A stretch of 64,000 nt of DNA from Chloroflexota bacterium (lineage in GTDB: Bacteria > Chloroflexota > Dehalococcoidia > JACPPY01), in the NCBI GenBank assembly GCA_016190755.1, contig JACPPY010000055.1:7899-71898 (forward strand), in the 5' to 3' direction. Both the position numbers and the translations under genes were made by a program. The notes below the pieces were generated by a model. That model was not told where the DNA came from. It worked only from the letters and a program-made list of their open reading frames with translations, and did not search any database. Of the stretch, positions 1 to 9,004 are shown piece after piece. Positions within the stretch are counted from its first letter, which is position 1; every line of letters starts with the position of its first letter.

Positions 1-32
1 ACTGCGGCGGCTACCTGAAGCTTTATTCCGAA

Positions 33-1289
33 TCAGGCTGCTTCTCCGGATTTCGGTCTACCCCTTGCCGCCCTCTCCGTTTGGCCCTTCATCCTGTCCA
101 GTTCATCCGAAACCCTGGCTACTTCTTCTTTGGTGGCAACGCTCTCAGCCTGGCTTTTTACCCTCTGCAATTCCTCGGAAACCTTTGTCACGTCTTCTCT
201 TGTCGCAAACGATGGAGTCAAGGCATTGCGATAGAGCGTGCTTACCGACCTGGCACACTGGGTATACTGTTCGATGAACTCAGGCACGGTAGTGGACAAT
301 TGAGAGGTCTCCACCAGGGTTGAGGCAGCTTCCCTATATGCGTCGGACCACTTTCGGAAGAACTCCTGCGGGGTGATAGACCTATTGCCGTCGCCGAGGG
401 CCTTCTGCGCAGCGCGATAGATTACGGAGTACGAATCCTGTGCTGCCTTTTGCAGCTTAAGGTTCATCTCCAACCAGCAAACATAGGTATCCACGCTCGA
501 CTTGGCCCAATTTGTCGTATCCTCCACAACCTCCCTGTATCCTGAAGCCAGCGTTGCCGAAGGCTTTAGGGAATCCAACGACTGCTTCAATGTCCTGCCG
601 TAGTTGTAGATCAGGTTGCGATAAGACTCCGGGGACATGTTGCCTTTCTCCATTATTTCGGAGAATGCCCTGGCAGTCTCTGCCATTGCGGATGTAGATA
701 ACCTGATAGTCTCGATCGTGACATCGAACAATTGCTGGAGATAATCTTTGGCCACCTGCTGTTCATCAGGGAAGGCATCCCTCGCCTTCTTCACCGCCTG
801 ATCAACGTCTCTCATGCCAGAGAAGCGCGTGCCGCGTGTTGCTTCCACTACACCCTCCGACATATCATCGTAGGCCGACTTTAGCGTATCGAAGAACTTG
901 TCTACGTTCGGCTTTTCGCCGGCGTATATCTGCCTGCCAACCTCTGTCCCTAGCCGGGCGAGTTTCTCCGTACCTTTGAACCATGCCTCGTATACCCTCC
1001 GGTACATGTTGAAGCCCTCGGCCATGGCATCGCTGGAGTAGCGCAAGGACTCGAAGGGTACTCGCATGGCCCTGGCCACCTCTGCGTAGTTGCTGCTCAT
1101 CCTCGCCCAATAGTCCATGTAGCCCCACCATGGCTGGAACCAGTTTTCCATGCTCGGCGCTGTGGAATCTCCCGGCTGTGACCAAGTCCTGGTGAACGAA
1201 CCGAACACATCAGCCCACGATCTATACGCCTTCGTGTACAGGTCGGCTAAATCAATCCTTTCCTCGTTTGTCGTCGTTTTTGTCGTCAC
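33..1289 (-). CDS. Hypothetical protein, Trp/Tyr-rich N-terminus, helical, with C-terminal tandem coiled-coil repeat; weak resemblance to PHA-granule/PhaE-phasin type proteins
   Basis: 418-aa ORF with no competing frame. The C-terminus has two ~22-aa units, TREDVTKVSEELQRVKSQAESV and TKEEVARVSDELDRMKGQTERA. No catalytic motif recognised. The PhaE-like idea comes only from composition and the C-terminal heptad pattern. Confidence 0.5.
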   Translation of the reverse strand: MTTKTTTNEERIDLADLYTKAYRSWADVFGSFTRTWSQPGDSTAPSMENWFQPWWGYMDYWARMSSNYAEVARAMRVPFESLRYSSDAMAEGFNMYRRVYEAWFKGTEKLARLGTEVGRQIYAGEKPNVDKFFDTLKSAYDDMSEGVVEATRGTRFSGMRDVDQAVKKARDAFPDEQQVAKDYLQQLFDVTIETIRLSTSAMAETARAFSEIMEKGNMSPESYRNLIYNYGRTLKQSLDSLKPSATLASGYREVVEDTTNWAKSSVDTYVCWLEMNLKLQKAAQDSYSVIYRAAQKALGDGNRSITPQEFFRKWSDAYREAASTLVETSQLSTTVPEFIEQYTQCARSVSTLYRNALTPSFATREDVTKVSEELQRVKSQAESVATKEEVARVSDELDRMKGQTERAARGRPKSGEAA

Positions 1290-1377
1290 TGTTTTTCTCC
1301 TTCCGTATTTTTGTCGATTGAGCTACTCGTCAGATGCTGTCTCCTGGCCTGTCCTGGGTTGCCTATCCCTTCCGGCT

Positions 1378-1650
1378 TCACACTCGTTGCCACTCCAGCC
1401 ACTCCCGGAATTGCCTGCTTGCAGTCTCGATCCTGAGTAGGTCAGAATCATACCCTCCTTGGGTGTCGAGGCACTCCCGGAGTTGCCAGCTTGCCGATGC
1501 CTGCCTGGAAAGGTGTTGCTCCAGGTCTGCGTTCCCGCATTTGCTGACGAGGGGCAGCACCATCGCCAGCGGAGGCCAGGAGGACTTATTCTTTCCAGGA
1601 CAGTAGTCGAACAGGTCAGCGACCTCAATTTTGTTCATCGCTCCCAACAT
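1378..1650 (-). CDS. Small hypothetical protein (90 aa)
   Basis: ATG at 1650 is preceded by GGAG 7 nt upstream. The protein has an internal repeat (SASWQLRECL / ASRQFREWLEW), visible in the DNA as a ~23-nt direct repeat (about 1398 and 1470). No family recognised. Confidence 0.3.
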   Translation of the reverse strand: MLGAMNKIEVADLFDYCPGKNKSSWPPLAMVLPLVSKCGNADLEQHLSRQASASWQLRECLDTQGGYDSDLLRIETASRQFREWLEWQRV

Positions 1651-1849
1651 ACTCAATCTCCACCAGTGGTGCATGTACTCAATAGAATTTGGGCTTGTTC
1701 CTTCGTGAAGAAAGTCTCCAGTCAGGCCGCAGGATACCGAGAAGAGTGAGTACCTGATACTCCGGCAAGAGGCAATCCAGTAAAAACCAACTACAACACA
1801 ATGCTACCCCATACCGTATTGAAAAGTTGTTTCTCGTGCGCCAGCCAGA

Positions 1850-1867
1850 GGTAACATTTCTGTTACA
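1850..1867. promoter_or_regulatory. Perfect palindrome GGTAACA-TTTC-TGTTACA, candidate transcription-factor site
   Basis: GTAACA (1851..1856) and TGTTAC (1861..1866) are exact reverse complements separated by 4 nt. The site lies in the divergent intergenic region upstream of the 2054 gene. Confidence 0.3.
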
Positions 1868-1930
1868 ATTGCCATCGAATGCGTAGCACTTTGGACAAAA
1901 GCCCGTCCTTCACAGGACAGGCGTAAGCCT

Positions 1931-1948
1931 GGTAACATCTGTGATAAA
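1931..1948. promoter_or_regulatory. Second, degenerate copy of the GGTAACAT.T.TG.TA motif
   Basis: GGTAACATCTGTGATAAA compared with GGTAACATTTCTGTTACA, 81 nt downstream of the first site and about 105 nt upstream of the ATG at 2054. Confidence 0.25.
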
Positions 1949-2053
1949 AGTCATACTGGAGAAGGTCGGTGAACGATATGATTGCTGTTGGGGCGAGGGC
2001 CACTGCAACAAATGTTGTCCGCTATCAAATTTCAACATAACGGAGAAGAGCAC

Positions 2054-2470
2054 ATGAGTAGAATGGAACAACAGGAAACCCACGACACTGCGGAGCAGGA
2101 ACTGGAAGAGCAAGTGAGAGCGTCGCTGGTCGAAGGGAAACTTCCTTGCAGCGGGGCCTTTGAGATAGCGAGGAAACTTAAGGTCAACCGTCGAAAGGTC
2201 GGCGATGCGGCAAACAGGATGAGAATAAGAATCGTCAATTGCCAGCTTGGCTGTTTCCAGACCCTGAAGGCCACTCACGACGATCTCGCGGGGATGAATA
2301 TCAGTGACGCGTTGATAGGCAGAGTGATGGAGGAGTCAACCGATGGTGTTCTCTCTTGCCCGACAGCTTTCAAAGTGGCCGGGAGCCTGAAAGCCACACC
2401 TAAAGAAGTCGGCGATGCTGCGACCATGCAGAAGGTGAAGATCGTCGGTTGCCAGTTGGGCTGTTTCTGA
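2054..2470 (+). CDS. Small protein made of a tandem-duplicated ~70-aa Cys-containing module (function unknown)
   Basis: ATG at 2054 is preceded by GGAGAAGAG. The two halves align: LPCSGAFEIARKLKVNRRKVGDAANRMRIRIVNCQLGCF with LSCPTAFKVAGSLKATPKEVGDAATMQKVKIVGCQLGCF. Cys positions are conserved at a 70-aa offset. The protein ends exactly at ...CQLGCF. Confidence 0.6.
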   Translation: MSRMEQQETHDTAEQELEEQVRASLVEGKLPCSGAFEIARKLKVNRRKVGDAANRMRIRIVNCQLGCFQTLKATHDDLAGMNISDALIGRVMEESTDGVLSCPTAFKVAGSLKATPKEVGDAATMQKVKIVGCQLGCF

Positions 2471-2555
2471 TATTCCGTTTTCCACGTATCGAATCGCTCA
2501 GTAATCGCGTAACACGAGGACAGTGTCCCATCTGCCATGTTAAACTCAGGCTGTT

Positions 2556-3431
2556 GTGCTAAACTCGAAAGGTATGGGCCAACTCGGTTTCCACTGCCAC
2601 GATGTCCGTGAGGTGGATGACACCATCCTGGACAACGACCTTCGCCGCGGCGAGTTCTATAACCTGGATGCCAATCAACTCCGTATCCTGCAGCGCCGGG
2701 TACGGTCCAACGGCCTTAGATGGAGCATACACTCCCCGCTGGTGAAGCTAGATTGGTATCCACACCCGCCCACATGGTCTTTTCTGTGTGACTTCTCCCC
2801 TGAGAAGAGAGCGCTGACCATGAAGATGGTGGCATTCACCGTGGAACAGGCTGAGCAAATGGGGGCAGAATACGTTGTGGTCCATTTCCCTACTCCGTCG
2901 GGCTTACCTCAGGAGGTCGAGAACAACCGTGTCAAAGAACTGAGGGATATTGGCCGCGGGAGTTGCGAATACCTTGCCGGCCTTAGCCAGAGGAGCGGGA
3001 TACCGATTCACGTTGAAGGCGTTGGGCTGAGCCCGTTGCTGGATGCTCAGTACCTTCGGAAGTTACTAGCAGAGTTCACCACCCTCCGCTACTGCTTCGA
3101 CACCGCTCACGTATATTTGGCGGCCCTCCAGGACGGCCTTGATTACTACTCCTTCGCACAATCCATGAGCTCATGTCTCGGATCAGTCCATATTTGGAAC
3201 ACGCGCGGCATGGCTGATTACCTCACGCATCGCCACATTCCGGTGCACCCCAGCCAGGACCCACGGGACGGATGGGTGGACATCGCCCGGGTGTTGAGGG
3301 CACTGGATGCCAACCGGCAGGGCGTTGCGCTCATACTGGAAAGCCCGACTTCCTATCCCCAAACACTTGGAGATTACGATTACCGTGATGGAATAAAATG
3401 GGTCAAAAGGCTGCTCAGTGAGCTGTCTTGA
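2556..3431 (+). CDS. Sugar phosphate isomerase/epimerase family protein (xylose-isomerase-like TIM barrel)
   Basis: 291-aa ORF with TIM-barrel-type motifs: AEYVVVHFP, IHVEGVG, FDTAHVY, HIWNTRG...HIPVHP. Start is uncertain (GTG 2556 or ATG 2574). Confidence 0.6.
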   Translation: MLNSKGMGQLGFHCHDVREVDDTILDNDLRRGEFYNLDANQLRILQRRVRSNGLRWSIHSPLVKLDWYPHPPTWSFLCDFSPEKRALTMKMVAFTVEQAEQMGAEYVVVHFPTPSGLPQEVENNRVKELRDIGRGSCEYLAGLSQRSGIPIHVEGVGLSPLLDAQYLRKLLAEFTTLRYCFDTAHVYLAALQDGLDYYSFAQSMSSCLGSVHIWNTRGMADYLTHRHIPVHPSQDPRDGWVDIARVLRALDANRQGVALILESPTSYPQTLGDYDYRDGIKWVKRLLSELS

Positions 3432-3746
3432 CATCTACGCCTAATTTGGCTATCCGCACACATCGTCTCTGCCTGCCTTGCCCCAGCCGAACTGATATTC
3501 ACTGAATCTGTCTTGTCCGAGCTATGATGGCCTATGATGCCGGCAAGTCGCTTATAATCGATTTAGAGCGTGTTATGAACTTCCAACATGTTGCGGTTTG
3601 ATGCTCGCGCCACGGCCTGACAAGTGGCGGACCGAAGTCAGGACATACTGTGGTTCATAACAGGCTCTAGAGGCCTCATGCGCCTGCACGACGCATTTCT
3701 CATGTGCCTCTGTTTGCCTCAATGGACGGCATAAGGGAGAGACAAG

Positions 3747-4109
3747 ATGGAAGGGCATGCAATCAAACACAGCTTATTTCGCGGCACGAGACCACGCGTC
3801 TTCGCCACCGACATTGACGACCCCTCCGAGGGAAGGGTTTTCGTCTGGGCATGGACCTCATGGTTCGAACGCATTGAGGGACCCTCAGGCGCAGTAGTTT
3901 TCACACCCGCCGGGAGCTCCGAGAAAGAACTCCGCGAGATGCTCTTGCAGCAAGGCAAGCCGGACCTGTCGGAGTTGGATGATGAATACAGCAAGGAGAT
4001 CATTCAGGAGTTCCTGGACCAGGTCCCGCTCTTCCCCGAGGCGCCTGAGCTGTCCTATCAGGCGCCGTTCCAGGAGCGGAATCCTGATGAGGACCTCGAG
4101 CACGGGTAG
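3747..4109 (+). CDS. Hypothetical acidic protein (120 aa)
   Basis: ATG is preceded by AAGGGAGAG. The C-terminal half is rich in Glu/Asp. No family recognised. Confidence 0.45.
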   Translation: MEGHAIKHSLFRGTRPRVFATDIDDPSEGRVFVWAWTSWFERIEGPSGAVVFTPAGSSEKELREMLLQQGKPDLSELDDEYSKEIIQEFLDQVPLFPEAPELSYQAPFQERNPDEDLEHG

Positions 4110-4203
4110 ATAGCCATGCCATGAGCCAACCTTGCACACCACGTCCTCTATATGCTCCAGTGCGGCGAGGCATTCGTCAACCGCGGTTCTGGCGTGAAAC
4201 AGG

Positions 4204-5361
4204 CTACGGCGCAGAAACGAACTTGGCTATTATCTCTGCGAGCTGTTCGATATCCTTGACGAACACGAATTCGTTCTTGCCATGGATATTGCACTCAGGT
4301 CGAATCACACCCAAGCCGAAAAGGCCGGCCCGCCAGTCCGATGCTACTATCGGGCCGAAGTCGCCCGAACCCATGGTGCCGTACTTGCCCGCTTCCCCAA
4401 CCACCTGCTTGATCGTTGCAGCCAGATCATCCCCTGCCGAACCCTTGAATGGCGGCACAGTGGGAATAAGGACGATGTTATCTACCTCCCATCTCACGTC
4501 CCGTACACGGTAGAGGGCCTGCATCAGTTCATCTCTGGCTTCATCGATGCGTTCCTCAGGAATCAGCCTGCGGTCAATCGAGATCGTGCATTCGTCAGGC
4601 ACGATGTTCACCTTGAGGCCGCCCCGGATCACGTTTATGTTCAGCCTCGACTCCATCTTCCTCAGCCCGGTTGAAGGGTGAGCATCCACCTTTGAGTGGC
4701 GCTGCATAACCCTCGGCTTCAGGTCCATGAGGGCATTCAACAGCGGTATCGCCTTTTCGATCGCGTTTTGGCCAAGGTGAGACATGGCCGAATGGACCGA
4801 TTCGCCCCTGACCTTGACGTCCATGTGGATCGCCCCCAGATCAGCTATCGATACATATCCGAAGTCCGAGTCCAATGAAAACACAGAGGCCCCCTCTACC
4901 GGCTCCAATGAACGACCAAGGTAACGGATCTGCTCCGCCTGACCTACCTCCTCATCTGTCGTAACCATAACCGAGACGTCGTATTTGATTTGTTTCCGGC
5001 TAATTTTCTCCATGCCGAGCAGCAGGGCAACAATCCCTCCTTTCATGTCGGCGGCACCGCGCCCGTACACTTTGCCATCCCGCACCACGGGGTCAAACGC
5101 AGACCACCCTTGTGCCGGCACGACATCTACATGAGTGTAAAAGATCAGGCGAGGTTTCCCCCGGTTGCGGCGGTGGGCCAACAGGTTCACTCGTCCAGGC
5201 TTGCCACCGGCACACTCCTCGGGAATCGTTACCTGCTCGGTCTGAAAGCCAACCTGCTTGAATAAAGGCTCCAGGTATTCAATAGCCTTGCCGTAGTTAT
5301 TTCCAGGCGGCACAGTGGTGTCTATAGATATCAGGTCTTTGAGCACACCCACATGGTCCAT
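4204..5361 (-). CDS. M20 family metallopeptidase (ArgE/DapE-type acetylornithine deacetylase / succinyl-diaminopimelate desuccinylase)
   Basis: Motifs THVDVVPA and GRGAADMKGG with typical M20 length. RBS GAGGAGACAGAC lies before the ATG. Confidence 0.9.
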   Translation of the reverse strand: MDHVGVLKDLISIDTTVPPGNNYGKAIEYLEPLFKQVGFQTEQVTIPEECAGGKPGRVNLLAHRRNRGKPRLIFYTHVDVVPAQGWSAFDPVVRDGKVYGRGAADMKGGIVALLLGMEKISRKQIKYDVSVMVTTDEEVGQAEQIRYLGRSLEPVEGASVFSLDSDFGYVSIADLGAIHMDVKVRGESVHSAMSHLGQNAIEKAIPLLNALMDLKPRVMQRHSKVDAHPSTGLRKMESRLNINVIRGGLKVNIVPDECTISIDRRLIPEERIDEARDELMQALYRVRDVRWEVDNIVLIPTVPPFKGSAGDDLAATIKQVVGEAGKYGTMGSGDFGPIVASDWRAGLFGLGVIRPECNIHGKNEFVFVKDIEQLAEIIAKFVSAP

Positions 5362-5527
5362 GTCTGTCTCCTCATTACATTCAGCCAGCAGAAGATTTTC
5401 TTGGACTTGTCTGGCCAGGACTTATCGATAGGCTCCCAACCGCAGGTCACACCCCTCTTCGGCGCGCTGCTAATGCTACCAGGTCGGCAGGCGCTAAAAC
5501 AACGGTGGCTAGGAGATATTGGACGTA

Positions 5528-6112
5528 TCAGACACAAGCCACGTTCTGAGCGACGATGCTCGCTTTGACCTTGTCCTCCTCCACCAGCCCCTCCCGGTAC
5601 CTCAGGCATCGGAAATCCCGGAACATATTCAATAACTCGTTATGCTTCAGCAGGTGCTCAGGGTTCCTCGGTCTACCGAATTGGTCCTGGCCCACGATAT
5701 AGGTCTCATATACCACCATGCCTCCTGGCTTCAATCCAGCTTTTATGTCAGGTAAGAGGGATCGCTGGAGATAGTCGAAGCAGATGATCAGGTCGTATGC
5801 GCCGGCAGCAATCCTGTATTCATTCCCTTCCAGGTCTGCAACCTGCGCTTTGATAACAACGCCGGCATTTCGCGCCGATTCAAGAGATGCCGCCACAGCT
5901 TCGTTGGAGATGTCAACTCCTTCGACGTCGAAGCCCGACCCGGCCAAGAAGATAGCATTTCGCCCTTTGCCCATGGCCACATCGAGGGCGCGCCCCTTTG
6001 GCAGCAGTTCAATATTGTCAACCAGCCATTGCGCGGGCCCACGACGAAACACCTCGGTCCGTCCGCGTTCGTCGCTATCCGGGGTCACGTTCATGGTTTC
6101 TCGTTCGACCAT
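5528..6112 (-). CDS. Class I SAM-dependent methyltransferase (TehB-like)
   Basis: SAM-binding motif ALDVAMGKGRNAIFLAGSGFDVEGVDIS, followed by DLIICFDYL. Confidence 0.85.
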   Translation of the reverse strand: MVERETMNVTPDSDERGRTEVFRRGPAQWLVDNIELLPKGRALDVAMGKGRNAIFLAGSGFDVEGVDISNEAVAASLESARNAGVVIKAQVADLEGNEYRIAAGAYDLIICFDYLQRSLLPDIKAGLKPGGMVVYETYIVGQDQFGRPRNPEHLLKHNELLNMFRDFRCLRYREGLVEEDKVKASIVAQNVACV

Positions 6113-6209
6113 GTAATAGTATTACCCCAACAGGATCGACCATGGCCATTTTGGCATTGACAGATATAGCGAAGACTCTTCAGATGTCCGGTGCCACCGC
6201 TTCAGCATC

Positions 6210-7322
6210 CTATCTCCTGGGTATGAGGTGTACGGACGAGGCCTTGAACGAGGCGACGATGGGCCGGTCAACCTCCAGATGCAAGTCCTCGTATGAACGG
6301 CGTGTGACCAGGGCTATCAGTTGAACACCGCAATCAACCGTCACTCTCACCTGTGCACCCATGGGCATCGCCCTGACCACATGTCCGGAAAGGTGATTCC
6401 GCGCGCTGGTGGCCCCTGGCCGCGACGTCTCCGGCGATAGTGTAATATCCTCTGGGCGCAGGCATACCGTGGCGTCGCTCTGTGTCGGCAAGGAAGATAC
6501 TGAGTCGATATGCTGTCCGGACACAACCACGGAGGCCATGCCGCCTGACTGAGATTCCACACGGCCAGACAGTATGTTTTCCACTCCCACGAAGCCAGCC
6601 ACATCTTCGTCCACCGGCGAAGCAAAGACCTCGCCTGGGGTCCCGGTTTGGCGGATATGTCCCCTCATGAGCACTACAACCCTGTCGGCCAACGCCAGGG
6701 CCTCGTTGCGGTCATGAGTGACCATAACTGTCGTCACTCGTGTCTCGCGCAAGATGGCCTCAAACTCATCCGTCAGTGCCTGGCGCGTCGGGGCATCGAG
6801 AGATGAGAAGGGCTCATCAAGAAAAAGCACCTCGGGCTCGAGTGCGAAGGCGCGCGCAAGACTTACCCGCTGGGCTTCGCCTCCCGACAGATTCCTGGCC
6901 TGGCGTCCTTTCAGCGCCGAGACTCCGAAACGCTCCAGCCATTTGTCAGCACGTGACTCCATCTCCTTCTTTCTCACACCACGCAGCTGCATCCCAAGCG
7001 TGACGTTGCGTCTCACGCTGCTATCCAGCAGAAGCGGCTGCTGGAATACCACAGCCAGTCGCCTCCGCAACCGCAACGCGGCCCTGTCCCCCTCTACCGC
7101 GACACCATTATAAGAGATAGAGCCTTTGGTCGGCTTCAGCAACAAGGCCAGAGATAATAACAGGGTGGACTTTCCCGAGCCATTGGGACCGATGACGACC
7201 AGGACCTCACTGGGGTGTACCTCCAGCGAAGGCACGTTGATTACTTCCACACCACCCAGGGCGACAGACAGCCTGCGGGCCTCCAGGGCGGGTACTTGAG
7301 GCGAAGTTGACTCGTTCTTCAT
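6210..7322 (-). CDS. tupC: ABC transporter ATP-binding protein with C-terminal TOBE-like domain (tungstate/molybdate type)
   Basis: Walker A GPNGSGKST, signature LSGGEAQR, Walker B LFLDEP. There is a C-terminal oxyanion-binding-like extension. ATGA start/stop overlap with the upstream permease gene. Confidence 0.85.
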   Translation of the reverse strand: MKNESTSPQVPALEARRLSVALGGVEVINVPSLEVHPSEVLVVIGPNGSGKSTLLLSLALLLKPTKGSISYNGVAVEGDRAALRLRRRLAVVFQQPLLLDSSVRRNVTLGMQLRGVRKKEMESRADKWLERFGVSALKGRQARNLSGGEAQRVSLARAFALEPEVLFLDEPFSSLDAPTRQALTDEFEAILRETRVTTVMVTHDRNEALALADRVVVLMRGHIRQTGTPGEVFASPVDEDVAGFVGVENILSGRVESQSGGMASVVVSGQHIDSVSSLPTQSDATVCLRPEDITLSPETSRPGATSARNHLSGHVVRAMPMGAQVRVTVDCGVQLIALVTRRSYEDLHLEVDRPIVASFKASSVHLIPRR

Positions 7323-8017
7323 CGTGTCCTGGACCGCTGTTGAACGTGCGTGAGTAGGCTATTGACCAGGTACACCAGTACCATCAGAATGAAGCCGAAC
7401 GCGATGGCCAGGGGAAAGTTGCCTTTGCCCACCTCCATCACAGTTGCTGTGGTCAGCACCCTGGTCTGGTTCAGTATGTTTCCGCCAACCATCATCGATG
7501 CGCCGACCTCGGATATCACAGCGCCAAAGCCAGCCATGACCGCGGCCAGGAGAGGAAGCCGGGTCTCTCTGAGCAGCAGCCATACCATCTGCCATCGCGA
7601 AGCGCCAAGGGCCATTATCTGGAGCCTCAGACTGGGATCAAGTTGCTGTATGCTGGCCATCGTGAAGCCGGTAACCAGGGGCAGAGCGATGATGAACTGC
7701 GCTATCACCATGGCATAAGGCGTATAAAGCAGGCCCAGTATGCCCAGTGGACCGCTACGCCACAGCAGTATAGTTACAATGAGGCCCACCACAACCGGCG
7801 GTGACCCCATGCCGGTGTTTACCAGGCTGACCAGCACCTGGCGGCCCCGAAACCTGCTCAGGGCCAGCCAGGTACCGGCCGGAACGCCTATGCACAGGCT
7901 GATCAACGTGGCTGACCCTGATACCATAAGCGACAGCAGTATCACCCGCCAGGCCGCGGTATCGCCACTTACGAGCAGCCAGAAAGCCTGTCCTATGCCC
8001 TCAAAAACCAGCTCCAT
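7319..8017 (-). CDS. tupB: ABC transporter permease (tungstate type)
   Basis: 232-aa polytopic membrane protein located between the binding protein and the ATPase. Confidence 0.85.
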   Translation of the reverse strand: MELVFEGIGQAFWLLVSGDTAAWRVILLSLMVSGSATLISLCIGVPAGTWLALSRFRGRQVLVSLVNTGMGSPPVVVGLIVTILLWRSGPLGILGLLYTPYAMVIAQFIIALPLVTGFTMASIQQLDPSLRLQIMALGASRWQMVWLLLRETRLPLLAAVMAGFGAVISEVGASMMVGGNILNQTRVLTTATVMEVGKGNFPLAIAFGFILMVLVYLVNSLLTHVQQRSRTR

Positions 8018-8020
8018 ATG

Positions 8021-9004
8021 CTATTTGCTGCCCAGTTCAGCCTCTGTCTTGCCGGCATCGGGGAAGAACAGTGCCTGGCCGTACTTGTCCACACCGTATT
8101 TTCCTATGGTCTGCTGCGTCTCTGCTGATACCATGAAGTCGGCGAATGCTCTTGCGCCGGCCGCGTTGATCTTGGTGGACTTGTTGGAATTGACCTCTAT
8201 CACATGATAGATGTTAAGCAATATCGGGTCCCCTTGTCCCAGTATGTCCAGACTCAGGTTTTTCTTCGTCGCCAGGTAGGTGGCCCGGTCGGTTATGGTA
8301 TAAGCTCCCTTTTCGGAGGCTACATTCAGTGTTGCCCCCATGCCCTGACCTGTCTCCTGGTACCAGGACTTGCCCTTGGGATCAATACCCACCGCCTTCC
8401 AGACCTTCAGCTCGAGCTGGTTCGTCCCCGAGTTATCGGAGCGGCTCAGGAACAGGACCGAGGCAGCAGCTATCTTCTTCATAGCATCGAGGGCGGACTT
8501 CACGTCCTTGATGCGGGCAGGATCGGACGCGGGACCCACGATCACGAAATCGTTGTGCATCACCAGCTTCCGGCTGACACCATGGCTCGCCTCCATGAAC
8601 TTGACCTCGGAGTCCGGGGCATGTACCAGGAGAACATCGGCCTCACCCTTCTCACCCATGGTCATCGCCTGGCCGGAACCGACATAGATGGGCTTAACGT
8701 TGTAGCCTGTCTTCTGCTGAAATATTGGCAGCAGAACGTCCATCAGTCCTGAATCACCGGTGCTGGTAGTGCTGGCAAGTATGATGTCAGGGTTAGCTGG
8801 CTTCGGAGGTGTAGTGGTTGCGACAGCGATCGTGGTTGTGCTAGACGTGGTCGTCGGCGATGCCGCCGGTGATGAACAGCCGGCGATGGCCAGAGCCAAC
8901 ACCAGTACAGTTGCAGCAATGCCCCAGATATGTGGCGGAAAATGCCTGTGGAGTTTAGGTGTGTTCCCTCCTGCCTGTCGATATGATAGTATCTGTTTGC
9001 TCAT
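8021..9004 (-). CDS. tupA: Tungstate ABC transporter substrate-binding lipoprotein
   Basis: Lipobox LAIAGC followed by a Ser/Thr/Pro linker, then the ASTTSTGDSGL motif typical of TupA-type binding proteins (from memory). Confidence 0.8.
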   Translation of the reverse strand: MSKQILSYRQAGGNTPKLHRHFPPHIWGIAATVLVLALAIAGCSSPAASPTTTSSTTTIAVATTTPPKPANPDIILASTTSTGDSGLMDVLLPIFQQKTGYNVKPIYVGSGQAMTMGEKGEADVLLVHAPDSEVKFMEASHGVSRKLVMHNDFVIVGPASDPARIKDVKSALDAMKKIAAASVLFLSRSDNSGTNQLELKVWKAVGIDPKGKSWYQETGQGMGATLNVASEKGAYTITDRATYLATKKNLSLDILGQGDPILLNIYHVIEVNSNKSTKINAAGARAFADFMVSAETQQTIGKYGVDKYGQALFFPDAGKTEAELGSK

